Shown here: one piece after another, positions 40,075-49,741 of the stretch | Layout of the letters: the number at the start of each line of letters is the position of its first letter | Numbering within the stretch: position 1 is the stretch's first letter | Source of the DNA: Anaerolineaceae bacterium | GTDB lineage: Bacteria; Chloroflexota; Anaerolineae; Anaerolineales; E44-bin32 | Direction of reading: 5' to 3' | Assembly: GCA_020350285.1 (NCBI GenBank) | Contig: CP070708.1 | Span: 970,369 to 1,034,368 of the forward strand | Length of the DNA: 64,000 bases | Notes under the pieces: model-generated | What the model was told of the DNA's origin: nothing | Database searches by the model: none | The model's input: only the letters and a program-made list of their open reading frames with translations | Position numbers and translations under genes: made by a program

Positions 40075-40574
40075 TAGATTTCTACCTCAGGTGGGTACAA
40101 ACGAGCCCGCAACCCTTCTGCGAATTGCGATGCTGGTAAAACCAGAACTAAATTGAGGAATGTACTTGGCAGAACGACGCGTGTCAGCACATAAGTAAAA
40201 TCAAATGAACGTCCCATAATGAGAATTGTACCAATTTCTAGTCCATGGAAGAGAAGGGAGGCGATTAAGGAAACACTCAAAGGTAGCAAGAGGTGTGCTT
40301 CCCAAAAACGGCCTTCAAAAGAGGCAGCAAAGTAGATCACGAAAACCAAAATTATCGCATGGCTTCCGAAGGGAAGACCTGAGAACAAATCCAGGAAGAG
40401 GCCACCGATCAATCCCAGGAGCATGGCTTCGTTATGGCGACCGGCCAAACTCCAACTAAGGACAGCAAGAAGGACCAAATCTGGCCTTCCATCCAGTAAC
40501 GCTAAATGACTAAAAACTGAGGATTGAAATATGGCAAGAATCAATAATAATGGCACTCCGATAAGATACACCAT
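40074..40574 (-). CDS. mreD: rod shape-determining protein MreD
   Basis: 166-aa protein with 5 TM helices between mreC and mrdA. TAATG overlap with mrdA. Confidence 0.75.
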   Translation of the reverse strand: MVYLIGVPLLLILAIFQSSVFSHLALLDGRPDLVLLAVLSWSLAGRHNEAMLLGLIGGLFLDLFSGLPFGSHAIILVFVIYFAASFEGRFWEAHLLLPLSVSLIASLLFHGLEIGTILIMGRSFDFTYVLTRVVLPSTFLNLVLVLPASQFAEGLRARLYPPEVEI

Positions 40575-40584
40575 CTTTAAATTC

Positions 40585-41418
40585 TCAAGGCAAAGGTTGT
40601 TCTATAGGCAATGGACGGAAATTGGTGATGACGAGCACGATATCAATATCTTCGAAATCGACACTGGATTGGATGACCGCCTGTTGGAAGAGTTCATAGT
40701 CACGGCGATGAATACTGATAACCTGACCTAGGGGAATTTCTGATGGATACTTTCCTCCGAGACCGGAGGTGATTACAAGTTCGCCCTGCGTAATCGTTGC
40801 ACTCTGATCGATAAGTTCAACCCACAACTCACCGTTCAATTGCGCAGCCAGTACCCCATCCGCACGGGAGAGCTGTAATTGCACATTGACCGATGCCTCA
40901 GGGTCTGTAATCAATTGAACACGAGCTACAGTTGGGAACACTTCGATGATTCGGCCGACTAAGCCGCGTCGGGTGACCACAGGCATTCCACGGCTGATTC
41001 CATCGTCGGATCCGACATCGATGATCAATGAACGCAGAAAGGGGCTCACATCTCGTCCGATGACACGTGCAGCCTTATAGCTGCTCTCCGGTCTTGCGCG
41101 CGCGTAGTCTAGAAGTGCAGCTAGGATTTCCGCCTCAGCAGCTTGTTCTCTTAGAGCGATGATCTCTTGCTGTAACCGGGAAACCTCCCCCTCAAGCATA
41201 GCGATCTCTTCCCTCAAAGAAGCGACATCTCTAGGCGAAGTTAAGAAATCGCGTATCGCAGCAACTCTCAAAGCGATCCAAGATTGGATCGAAGAGATGG
41301 GGCGAAGGATGAGGCTTTGAACGGGCGTGAGATAGCCCCCCAAGCTAAGAGTAAGCAATCCTGCGGCGATCAGGATAAGCGTGACAGCTACAAAAGTCCG
41401 AGATGTTGATCGTCTCAT
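40585..41418 (-). CDS. mreC: rod shape-determining protein MreC
   Basis: N-terminal anchor, coiled coil (LREEIAMLEGEVSRLQQEIIALREQ), and beta-barrel domains (GMPVVTRRGLVGRIIEV..., ITSGLGGKYP..IPLG). Confidence 0.85.
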   Translation of the reverse strand: MRRSTSRTFVAVTLILIAAGLLTLSLGGYLTPVQSLILRPISSIQSWIALRVAAIRDFLTSPRDVASLREEIAMLEGEVSRLQQEIIALREQAAEAEILAALLDYARARPESSYKAARVIGRDVSPFLRSLIIDVGSDDGISRGMPVVTRRGLVGRIIEVFPTVARVQLITDPEASVNVQLQLSRADGVLAAQLNGELWVELIDQSATITQGELVITSGLGGKYPSEIPLGQVISIHRRDYELFQQAVIQSSVDFEDIDIVLVITNFRPLPIEQPLP

Positions 41419-41460
41419 AGGCGGAAACGCAGGTGGGATCCCAAAAGTGTGCGTGGGAAG

Positions 41461-42519
41461 CTAAACTGGGCGTCGTTCAAGACTAACCAGGAATTGTTGA
41501 AGGTTATCAAGATCCTCAAGAATCATCCCCGCTCCTCGGGCTACGCAGGTCATGGGATCTTCAGCAAGCCAAACCCGCATTCGGAGTTCGTTGGAAAGCC
41601 GCTCAGCTAAACCTTGCAGCTGTGAAGCGCCTCCCGCGAGACAGATACCCTCTTCCATTAAATCGGCGATTAATTCAGGAGGGGTTTCATCGATGGCATC
41701 TTTCATCGTTTCAATAATGATACTAACGGCATTAGTCAGAGCTTCTCGCATTTCGATGGAGGATATTTCTATGGCTTCAGGCAAACCTCGAACAAGGTTG
41801 CGACCTCGTACGGTCATTGTTTTTTCTTCTTTAAGGGGGTTGGCGGAGCCGATATTGATTTTCACCTGCTCAGCCATACGCTCACCGATAAGTAAATTAT
41901 GTTTATTACGAATGTAGTTAATGATATCAACGTCCATTTCATCGCCGGCGACACGTAATGAACGGGAAACCACGATGCCGCCCATGGAACATACGGCCAT
42001 TTCCGTCGTTCCACCGCCGATGTCGACGATCATTGAGCCACGAACCTCTCCGATAGGTAACATGGCTCCTAAGGCAGCAGCCGTTGGTTCTTCGATGAGA
42101 AAAGCCTCTCGAGCACCAGCTGCCATGGTGGCGTCGTAGACTGCCCGTTTTTCCACTTCTGTAGCACCGCTTGGGATGCCTACAACTACTCTTGGACGGG
42201 GAACTGGCACAATGCTTTGTTCATGCGCCTTGGCGATGAAGTATTCAAGCATCTTTTCGGTGATGTCGAATTCGGAGATCACACCATCACGTAAAGGTCT
42301 GATCGCGACAACATTGGCCGGCGTGCGGCCTACCATTTGTTTGGCTTCAGCACCTATTGCTAGGGGACGTTTCGTTCTTTTCTCGATCGCGACCCATGAG
42401 GGTTCGTTAATGACGATCCCTTTGCCACGCACGTTGACCAGGGTGTTGGCTGTCCCTAGGTCGATGCCGATGTCGAGCGAGAAAAGACCCAGTAGCCAGT
42501 TCAGAGGGTTGATTGCCAA
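41461..42519 (-). CDS. mreB: rod shape-determining actin homolog MreB
   Basis: DIGIDLGTANTLV, VVVGIPSGATEVEKRA, DIGGGTTE, LAGGASQL. TTG start 10 nt after GGAGG. Confidence 0.95.
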   Translation of the reverse strand: MAINPLNWLLGLFSLDIGIDLGTANTLVNVRGKGIVINEPSWVAIEKRTKRPLAIGAEAKQMVGRTPANVVAIRPLRDGVISEFDITEKMLEYFIAKAHEQSIVPVPRPRVVVGIPSGATEVEKRAVYDATMAAGAREAFLIEEPTAAALGAMLPIGEVRGSMIVDIGGGTTEMAVCSMGGIVVSRSLRVAGDEMDVDIINYIRNKHNLLIGERMAEQVKINIGSANPLKEEKTMTVRGRNLVRGLPEAIEISSIEMREALTNAVSIIIETMKDAIDETPPELIADLMEEGICLAGGASQLQGLAERLSNELRMRVWLAEDPMTCVARGAGMILEDLDNLQQFLVSLERRPV

Positions 42520-42551
42520 AGTGTGGAATCCTCCGTAGGGGCCAAGCGCGG

Positions 42552-42560
42552 ATTATACCA
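42552..42560 (-). promoter_or_regulatory. extended -10 promoter element (TGGTATAAT) for mreBCD-mrdA
   Basis: The minus strand reads TGGTATAAT, 32 nt upstream of TTG 42519. Confidence 0.45.
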
Positions 42561-42840
42561 TAGGCGTATCTATCCCCTTATATGCCAAGATAGAGGTTAT
42601 GTCAACAGTGAACTTGGAAACTGTGGTTTTTGAGATTGTCGTCTGCACTGCTTAATGGGGGACTAATGGTTTGGTCAATCAAAAAGAGGCAGTTGTTTGG
42701 GTTGTAGGCTGCCTAAGCCCCGCTGTTGTTCTGCTTTCCTTTCCCTAAACCGTACATAGAAGTGAATGATCTCCTTTGAAGGGTAAGGGGGGCTTGCCAA
42801 GGAAGAGTTCAACCTTACCCATCTGAGGCTCTAATGGCGG

Positions 42841-42849
42841 TGCTATAAT
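42841..42849 (+). promoter_or_regulatory. extended -10 promoter element (TGCTATAAT) for tilS, leaderless geometry
   Basis: TGCTATAAT ends 9 nt before ATG 42859 and there is no SD in between. Confidence 0.45.
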
Positions 42850-42858
42850 CGGTGCGAG

Positions 42859-44316
42859 ATGGAGATCTATCAGCAAGTAGCGGATTTCATCCGTCGTGAA
42901 CAGTTGCTTCAACCCGGTCAACGGATCATAGTCGGAGTATCGGGTGGTCCTGATAGCTTGTGCTTACTCGACTGCCTCCACCGATTAGGATATCAAGTCC
43001 TTGTCGGGCACCTCGATCATCAATTGAGACCCGAAAGCCCCGAGGAAGCACGATTTGTCGAACAAGTAGCCCAATCCTATGGTCTGGAGGCAGTCGTTGA
43101 GCGCACGGATGTGAAGGTTCTCCAGGACTCTAGCAGTTCCTTGGAAGAAAAGGCTCGACTCGCGCGGTATCGTTTCCTTGTTCGTTCGGCCAATGAGAGG
43201 GGGATCCACCATATCGCGACCGGTCACACCTCAGACGATCAAGTTGAAACGATCCTGATGCACTTCTTGCGCGGTGCAGGGCCATCAGGCTTACGAGGCA
43301 TGCTTCCCCTGACAAGGCTAGACGATTGGATCGGCATTCCTGAAGCTGAGGATATGGTACTCATCCGCCCATTGTTAGAAATCACACGCGACCAAACCCA
43401 AGCCCATTGTGCGGTAATTGGCCTTGAACCTATTGAAGATGAAAGCAACCTCGATATGTCCTTCACAAGGAATCGTCTTCGCCATGAATTACTACCACTT
43501 CTGGAAACATACAATCCGGGAATTCGGCGAGTAATGAGTCGAACTGGAAAGGTCATGGCAGGTGAAGCCGCACTGCTAGCCCATCTAGTCGCTAATCACT
43601 GGGAGTCAATCATTCTTCCCCGCGGTGAGGGTGTCTTGGCTTTCAATGTGCCACTTTTCTTGGAACAACCGATTGCTCTGCAACGTGCACTGCTACGGGA
43701 GGCCATTGCCAAACTTCGTCCATCCCTACGTGACATTGGTTTTGAGATTATCGAACAAGCGATTCATTTCATCTCCATCCCACAACGAGGAAAATGCCTA
43801 TCAGTTGTAGGTGAGTTGGAGATGCTCCACTTTGCAGATGAAGTGTTGCTTCGAGATCCTGAGGCTTCAATTGAATTCCTACATTATCCACAACTCATCT
43901 CCGATAAGGAGGAAGAGATTATAGTTCCAGGACAGATTCAACTGGCACATGGTTGGACTCTTGAAATGGAATCTGATCAAGTTGATGCAACGAAGCGTGC
44001 CGAATGGATGGCTGAGACCTCTGGAAGGGTAGCGGCATTGGATGAAAGGTTCATCGGTGCGCCCTTTTCACTTCGTTCGTCAAAACCTGGTGATCGTATC
44101 CGTTTATTGGGAATGGAAGGGAGGACCAAAGTTTCTGATCTGCTTGTCAACCATCACATCCCTCAACCTGCACGATCTCGTTGGCCTCTTGTGGTCAGCG
44201 GGGACCAGGTGTTATGGGTTGTGGGTTTGCGCATGTCCCATGATGCGCGGATTAGAGATGAAACACAAAAGGTGATCGTTTTTCGTTTACAAGAACCGTC
44301 AGATAACGATATATGA
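42859..44316 (+). CDS. tilS: tRNA(Ile)-lysidine synthetase
   Basis: PP-loop VGVSGGPDSLCLL, then HLDHQLR, TGHTSDDQVETILM, and a C-terminal ...GDRIRLLGM.G.KVSDLLV..HIP...R..WPLV. Confidence 0.9.
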   Translation: MEIYQQVADFIRREQLLQPGQRIIVGVSGGPDSLCLLDCLHRLGYQVLVGHLDHQLRPESPEEARFVEQVAQSYGLEAVVERTDVKVLQDSSSSLEEKARLARYRFLVRSANERGIHHIATGHTSDDQVETILMHFLRGAGPSGLRGMLPLTRLDDWIGIPEAEDMVLIRPLLEITRDQTQAHCAVIGLEPIEDESNLDMSFTRNRLRHELLPLLETYNPGIRRVMSRTGKVMAGEAALLAHLVANHWESIILPRGEGVLAFNVPLFLEQPIALQRALLREAIAKLRPSLRDIGFEIIEQAIHFISIPQRGKCLSVVGELEMLHFADEVLLRDPEASIEFLHYPQLISDKEEEIIVPGQIQLAHGWTLEMESDQVDATKRAEWMAETSGRVAALDERFIGAPFSLRSSKPGDRIRLLGMEGRTKVSDLLVNHHIPQPARSRWPLVVSGDQVLWVVGLRMSHDARIRDETQKVIVFRLQEPSDNDI

Positions 44317-44565
44317 TCCCCAGAGATAATCTTTGGCTGGAACATCGAGGCTTGGTGCTTCTCTCTGTCTGGCGAATGAAGTATCTGGAGGCTATCGATG
44401 AGATGGGCTCGATCCCTCTGCAACTGCCAAAATTGACCCCTACAGAAGGGCATGGCAATTGGATGATTTCCTGCTAGAACTGCTTGTTTTCCATAGTAAG
44501 ATGTGACATGGATATCAAGAGGAATGTTGAGTTATTAAACCCATTTCAAGGTTAGGTTCCGCATA

Positions 44566-45717
44566 ATGCGTATCGCTATGTTTAGCAATACTTATTATCC
44601 ATCGACGAGTGGCGTGGTTACATCAGTGGCTCTCTTCCGTCAGGGATTAATGAGCGCAAATCATGAAGTGCATCTGATCGTTCCACACTACGAAGATTTT
44701 ATCGATTCTGAGCCTTATATCTTTCGTTATCCAGCTCTCGATCTAACGGACCGTATCGATATCTCATTGGTCCTCCCCTTTCAGCCGCTTATTGAACCAA
44801 CGGTTCGCGGGATTATGCCTGATATCATCCATAGTCAGCATCCTGTTTGGATGGGGGATCTGGCTGTGACATTTGCGCATGAACTGGGAGTCCCTCTCGT
44901 CTTTACGTACCATACACGTTACGATGAGTATGCCCAGAGTTATGTTCCAATAGCGGCGGGATTAGCAAGCAAGGTGGCCGAGGAGGTTGTAAAACGATAT
45001 ATGAGGCAGTGTACGCATATCGTTGCGCCAACGCCTGTGATCCGCGACTTAATCCTACGTGAATACCAAGTGGAAAAGCCTGTTTCTGTCGTTCCTTCGC
45101 CTGTGGACCTGACGCGTTATGAGGATAAAGACCCAAAAAGGATTCGGCAGGAGTTTGGTCTTGATAAGTATGAAGTGTTGCTCTACATAGGAAGATTGGC
45201 AAAGGAAAAAGGTTTGGATTTGTTATTAAATGCCTTTGTTATGATTGTCGCTGAGCGTCCTCAAGCGAGATTGATGCTTGTCGGGGATGGACCTTATCGA
45301 CGAGTTTTAGAAGGTCAAGTTCAAAGGTATGGTCTTTCAAGAAAAGTTATCTTCACAGGCGTTGTTCCCCATGAAGAGATACCAGATTACGCTGCTGCCG
45401 CAGATCTCTTTGTCTTTACATCTCTTACGGATACTCAAGGCCTGGTCTTGGTGGAGGCCATGGCCGCCGGTGTACCTGCCGTTGCTGTTGAGGCTCCAGG
45501 GCCTGTTGATATCTTGGCGAGAGGAGGCGGTTTATTAGTGCCCGCGGAAGAAGATGCTTTTGCTCAAGCCATACTCACTCTTCTGGAGGACGATGTTCGA
45601 CGTAAAGAGTTGGGCGAGGAAGCTTTCAGCTTGGCACAACCGTATGCTGTCTCGGCGACGACAAATAGGATGCTCGCCGTATATGAGGAGGCCCTTTCAA
45701 CCGTAAGAGGTAAATAG
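44566..45717 (+). CDS. glycosyltransferase family 4 (GT-B, RfaB/PimA-like)
   Basis: N-terminal MRIAMFSNTYYPSTSGV. C-terminal GRLAKEKG...TDTQGLVLVEAMAAGVPAVAV (E-x7-E region). Confidence 0.85.
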   Translation: MRIAMFSNTYYPSTSGVVTSVALFRQGLMSANHEVHLIVPHYEDFIDSEPYIFRYPALDLTDRIDISLVLPFQPLIEPTVRGIMPDIIHSQHPVWMGDLAVTFAHELGVPLVFTYHTRYDEYAQSYVPIAAGLASKVAEEVVKRYMRQCTHIVAPTPVIRDLILREYQVEKPVSVVPSPVDLTRYEDKDPKRIRQEFGLDKYEVLLYIGRLAKEKGLDLLLNAFVMIVAERPQARLMLVGDGPYRRVLEGQVQRYGLSRKVIFTGVVPHEEIPDYAAAADLFVFTSLTDTQGLVLVEAMAAGVPAVAVEAPGPVDILARGGGLLVPAEEDAFAQAILTLLEDDVRRKELGEEAFSLAQPYAVSATTNRMLAVYEEALSTVRGK

Positions 45718-45816
45718 GAACGTTAGATTGCTAGTTTCCACTAGATGAGATAGCTATATTCAGGTGAAGGTTATTCAGGAATTCAGACGAGAAGAAGGCG
45801 CTTGAGGAGGCTGGGT

Positions 45817-47151
45817 ATGTCTAAGGATATTCTAAAACGAGCCGCAGAAGACAACGTGAAGTTCATGTGTCTTCAATTTACAGATGTCACTGGGGCGGTT
45901 AAAAGCGTAGATATCCCAATTCAACGGCTGGAGACCGCGATGGAGGAAGGCGTTTGGTTTGACGGTTCATCAGTTGAGGGTTTTGCGCGTATTCAGGAAA
46001 GTGATATGCGTTTGATTCCTGATGCCGACACCTATGCAGTACTTCCATGGTCGCAGCCAGAACGGCGGAGAGCGAGGGTATTTTGTGACATTTACCAGCC
46101 TGATGGAACACAATTTGGTGGCGATCCAAGAGGCGTATTGAAAAGGACATTGGAGCGGCTGAAGGATCGAGCATGGAGCTACAACGTTGGTCCGGAACCT
46201 GAGTTTTTCCTACTTCGGAAACACGCGCCTGATTCGATCCACCCTGTTCCACACGATGTCGGAGGTTATTTTGATTTCTCAGCAAGTGATGAAGCCCAAC
46301 GAGTCCGGACAGAACTGATGTTGGCCCTCGAAAGTATGGGTTTGGAGATTGAGGCGGGTCATCACGAGGTCTCTCGTGGACAGCACGAGATCGATTTTCA
46401 TTTTACAGATGCAATGCGAGCGGCCGACAATGTTGTGACGCTAAAATACACCATAAGAGCACTGGCAGCTCAGCAAGGCCTTATTGCCACCTTCATGCCT
46501 AAACCCATCTTTGGTGTCAACGGATCTGGGATGCACGTGCACCAATCGATATTCGATTCTGAGGGTCACAATATCTTCTTCGATCCTGACGATGATTACT
46601 ACCTCTCGACGACCGCATACGGCTTTATCGCCGGCCAGATGGCACATGCTCGAGCATTGGCAGCGATCGTTGCCCCTACCGTCAATTCTTATAAGCGGAT
46701 CGTCCCTGGTTATGAAGCGCCTGTCTATGTTTGTTGGGCGCAGATTAACCGATCAGCCATGATCCGTATCCCAAGTTACACTCCAGGGAGAGAGGGTTCT
46801 ACTCGGGCTGAGCTTCGCTTCCCTGATCCGTCCTGCAATCCTTACTTGGCGTTCGCTGTTATGCTTTCCGCAGGTCTGGATGGTATCGAAGGAGAATTCT
46901 CCTGTCCTCCGCCAGTCAATGAATTGAACATCTACGAGATGACTGAAACGGAGCTCAGCGAACAGGGAATTTCACAGTTGCCGGGTTCGCTCGGAGAAGC
47001 GCTTGATGAGTTGGATCGCGATCCGGTCATCAAGGAGACGCTTGGTCCAGATGCTTATGAAGCTTTTGTGCGTGCTAAACGCTCAGAATGGGATGAGTAT
47101 CGCACGCGGGTGATGGATTGGGAGGTCGAATATTATTTGGAGACAGCGTAG
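45817..47151 (+). CDS. glnA: glutamine synthetase, type I
   Basis: FTDVTGAVKSVDIP, FDGSSVEGF, KPIFGVNGSGMHVHQS, NSYKRIVPGYEAP. GAGGAGG RBS 6 nt before the ATG. Confidence 0.95.
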   Translation: MSKDILKRAAEDNVKFMCLQFTDVTGAVKSVDIPIQRLETAMEEGVWFDGSSVEGFARIQESDMRLIPDADTYAVLPWSQPERRRARVFCDIYQPDGTQFGGDPRGVLKRTLERLKDRAWSYNVGPEPEFFLLRKHAPDSIHPVPHDVGGYFDFSASDEAQRVRTELMLALESMGLEIEAGHHEVSRGQHEIDFHFTDAMRAADNVVTLKYTIRALAAQQGLIATFMPKPIFGVNGSGMHVHQSIFDSEGHNIFFDPDDDYYLSTTAYGFIAGQMAHARALAAIVAPTVNSYKRIVPGYEAPVYVCWAQINRSAMIRIPSYTPGREGSTRAELRFPDPSCNPYLAFAVMLSAGLDGIEGEFSCPPPVNELNIYEMTETELSEQGISQLPGSLGEALDELDRDPVIKETLGPDAYEAFVRAKRSEWDEYRTRVMDWEVEYYLETA

Positions 47152-47251
47152 TTCTTGATGCAGAACCTTCGTATATGGAAAGAGCCTTCATCTTCTTGTA
47201 TATTGAAGACTGGGGCATAATCCACGAAAAGTAACGAAAGACAGATAAGAA

Positions 47252-47289
47252 AATCTCCCAGGGAGTGAGAAACCTGGGAGATTGTTTTT
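47252..47289. terminator. bidirectional intrinsic terminator between convergent glnA and yhhQ
   Basis: AATCTCCCAGG-N10-CCTGGGAGATT is followed by GTTTTTG on the plus strand and TTTCTTAT on the minus strand. Confidence 0.65.
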
Positions 47290-47427
47290 GTTGGTGCCAT
47301 TCAATCACACAGATTTTATGAGTGTTGGTTCAATTAAGATCTTTTCATTGATCATTCATTTATCCGTGGAGGTAGAAAAATGGCGAGCGACAAATTAATT
47401 GAGAAATCCTCTAGGCTTGTGGATCAG

Positions 47428-48120
47428 TTAAAAGTGAATTGGACTGAAATCGGTCTCTTTGTCGAAATGGTCGACCCCTTCAGACCGTTTTAGTGCATTG
47501 ACGATAACGTATGTCAACGGCGTGGCAAGCGCTTCGTAGGCACTCTTAAAAAGCCACTGGTGAAGAATAGCGGCGCGTACAACAGCTCCGGGTATGGTTC
47601 CTAGAAAGGCGATCGAGATGAAAATGATTGAATCAGCCCCTTGACCTACCAGTGTGGATGCGATAGTCCGGGTCCACAGCCAGCGTCCTTCCGTCACCAC
47701 CTTTAATTTCGCCAGCACAAACGCGTTGAGAAACTCACCAACCAGATACGCAGTGAATGAGGCCACAAGGAGACGCAGCGAATAGCCGAGGATGGCTTGA
47801 TAAGCTTGTGAGGCTTCGTCTGGTCCGGTGTACACACTGGCGTTCCAAAAGGAATCAGCGGGGAGGATACCTCCCAGCCATATCGCGATCACGGCTAAAA
47901 GATTACAGCCGAACCCGATCCAGATCGCTTGTCGTGCTCGTGAGTAACCATAGACCTCAGTGAGTACATCACCAAAAATATAAGCGATCGGGAATAAAAT
48001 GACGGCCGCTGGGAGTGTGAAACCGAGAATCGATATGAGTTTGACAGCGATGATGTTTGAGACGATCAGGGTCGTAACGAAGACCGCCAGAATGATGGGG
48101 TACCAACGGAGACCACGCAT
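47428..48120 (-). CDS. yhhQ: queuosine-precursor transporter (YhhQ/DUF165, VUT family)
   Basis: Six TM helices. FPIAYIFGDVLTEVYGYSRARQAIWIGF matches the remembered family signature. The start abuts the queF stop (TAGATG). Confidence 0.8.
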   Translation of the reverse strand: MRGLRWYPIILAVFVTTLIVSNIIAVKLISILGFTLPAAVILFPIAYIFGDVLTEVYGYSRARQAIWIGFGCNLLAVIAIWLGGILPADSFWNASVYTGPDEASQAYQAILGYSLRLLVASFTAYLVGEFLNAFVLAKLKVVTEGRWLWTRTIASTLVGQGADSIIFISIAFLGTIPGAVVRAAILHQWLFKSAYEALATPLTYVIVNALKRSEGVDHFDKETDFSPIHF

Positions 48121-48531
48121 CTAGCCGCTAACCTCCTGATGACCGTGTTCTGCTTCGACGGTTATATAAATGCCACCTCGGATGTTGAAAGATCCGGTCA
48201 CGCGGCACCAGTGGGGATCTAATGCGTTCACAAGATCATCGAGGATTGTATTGGTCACGTGCTCATGAAAGACGCCCTCATTACGGTAGGACCATAGATA
48301 GAGTTTGAAGGATTTCGATTCGAGGATTTTATCCTTTGGGATGTATTCGACAGTGATATTTGCGAAATCAGGTTGACCAGTGGCTGGGCATAGGCAAGTA
48401 AATTCGTCACTTTCAAGGCGTACGATATACCGCCGATCAGGATGGTGATTAGGGAAGGTTTCCAGCTTTTTACTCGGCTTGGCGTCTTTCCCAAGGAGAC
48501 TGAGGCCATTGAGATCAGATTCTTCTGTCAT
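48121..48531 (-). CDS. queF: NADPH-dependent 7-cyano-7-deazaguanine (preQ0) reductase, type I
   Basis: [22 protein letters not shown]...[21 protein letters not shown] contains the catalytic Cys and the QueF motif E(S/L)K(S/A)hK(L/Y). Confidence 0.9.
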   Translation of the reverse strand: MTEESDLNGLSLLGKDAKPSKKLETFPNHHPDRRYIVRLESDEFTCLCPATGQPDFANITVEYIPKDKILESKSFKLYLWSYRNEGVFHEHVTNTILDDLVNALDPHWCRVTGSFNIRGGIYITVEAEHGHQEVSG

Positions 48532-49481
48532 CGGGTTTCTCCTTCTCGAGTTGTAACACGGCGCTTACGTACACCATCCCATGTACGACAATAAGCACAT
48601 TGATCAGGAGCGGTGGTCGGTTGACCGCAGGTCCTGCATTGGGCTAATTTCGACTTTGCGAGGGTTGATTCTTGGACGAATAGTCCTGATTCCTTAGCGC
48701 GGAGAAAGGAAAGATAGAAGGACAGCTTCAATCCTGGTCGAACTTCCTCCATTTGGTTCAGTAGTTCTTTGTGATAAATCGATGTAGCACCTTCGGCATA
48801 AGGACATTCTTCGTAGATATAGTTTATACCTCGGAGAAGTGTGTATGCTGCGGTCTCGCGCTCGTAGAAGCGGCAGAAGGGTTTGGCTTTACGAACCAGC
48901 CCAGCGGCTGTCTCTTCAAGTACCGGTCCTTGTCGTGCTAGATAGCCAACAGCCCAATTTAATGTATTGCCAAATAGAACTGCGACCTCATCATCCAAAT
49001 TGTGGCCCGTGGTGACCACATCATAGCCGCCCTCGCGTGCGACGCGATTCATCATGTGTCGTTTCGTCAGACCGCATACAGAGCATGGTTTTCCCTTACC
49101 TCTTTCCGTGAGTTTGCTTGCTTCAGGGATAGTCGCACCTTCCTCGTCGGCGACATCGACCACGGTCAGGTTTAGATCATTCTCGGTCGCGAATTTCTCT
49201 GCCATCTCCTGAGATCTCATTGAATATTCGTTGATGCCCAAGCCAATATACAGACCTGTGGTTTGATATCCGAGTCGCTGAAGCACGTCCCACAAAGCGA
49301 GCGAATCCTTCCCCCCAGAAACAGCTAACAGGATCCGTGAATCCTCTCCGAACATCCGATATTTCTCAATGAATCGTTGGGTTTGTTCTGGGATCCAATC
49401 GAGAAAATGTGTTCCACAGAGCGCGAGCTTATGCTGCCTCATATTAATTGCGGCTTTCTCGCCGCATTTCCGACATCTCAT
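48528..49481 (-). CDS. ttuA: tRNA 2-thiolation PP-loop ATPase, TtuA family (s2T54-type sulfurtransferase)
   Basis: N-terminal Zn finger CRKCGEK...LCGTH, PP-loop [31 protein letters not shown], and C-terminal CRTCGQPT...CAYC. It is collinear with Thermus TtuA as I recall it. Confidence 0.85.
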   Translation of the reverse strand: MRCRKCGEKAAINMRQHKLALCGTHFLDWIPEQTQRFIEKYRMFGEDSRILLAVSGGKDSLALWDVLQRLGYQTTGLYIGLGINEYSMRSQEMAEKFATENDLNLTVVDVADEEGATIPEASKLTERGKGKPCSVCGLTKRHMMNRVAREGGYDVVTTGHNLDDEVAVLFGNTLNWAVGYLARQGPVLEETAAGLVRKAKPFCRFYERETAAYTLLRGINYIYEECPYAEGATSIYHKELLNQMEEVRPGLKLSFYLSFLRAKESGLFVQESTLAKSKLAQCRTCGQPTTAPDQCAYCRTWDGVRKRRVTTREGETR

Positions 49482-49509
49482 CTTGCCACCATCGTGCTAC
49501 TGAACCGGG

Positions 49510-49710
49510 TTATAAAGATCCACCTGAGATGACCGCGATCAAGCGGATGTGATCACCGTCTTTTAATATTTCATCATCGGTGATCAATTCACCGTCTCTC
49601 GTCGGGATCACAGATTCAGGCTGTATCCCTACCAGTTTTAGCGCCTGGCGAATGGTTGTCCCAGGGTTTACAGTGAATTCCTTGTCGCGTAAAGTCAATC
49701 GAACGGCCAT
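49510..49710 (-). CDS. ttuB: ubiquitin-like sulfur carrier (TtuB/ThiS/MoaD family) with C-terminal GG followed by Ser-Leu
   Basis: 66 aa with a beta-grasp-like sequence ending ...HIRLIAVISGGSL*. It lies directly upstream of ttuA. GAGGGG RBS. Confidence 0.75.
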   Translation of the reverse strand: MAVRLTLRDKEFTVNPGTTIRQALKLVGIQPESVIPTRDGELITDDEILKDGDHIRLIAVISGGSL

Positions 49711-49741
49711 ACACCCCTCGTATTAGGCTCGATTGTACCCA

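Noticed and set aside
44376-44477. 33-codon ORF (MKYLEAIDEMGSIPLQLPKLTPTEGHGNWMISC) between tilS and the GT4 gene
   Set aside because: It has no RBS, no recognisable family and no supporting signals. I noted it only because hpt or ftsH usually follow tilS and are absent here.
47380-47493. 37-codon plus-strand ORF (MASDKLIEKSSRLVDQLKVNWTEIGLFVEMVDPFRPF) with GGAGG 7 nt upstream
   Set aside because: Its last 66 nt overlap the 3' end of the well-supported yhhQ gene in antisense, and I recognise no family. It may be a chance RBS. Ribo-seq could test it.
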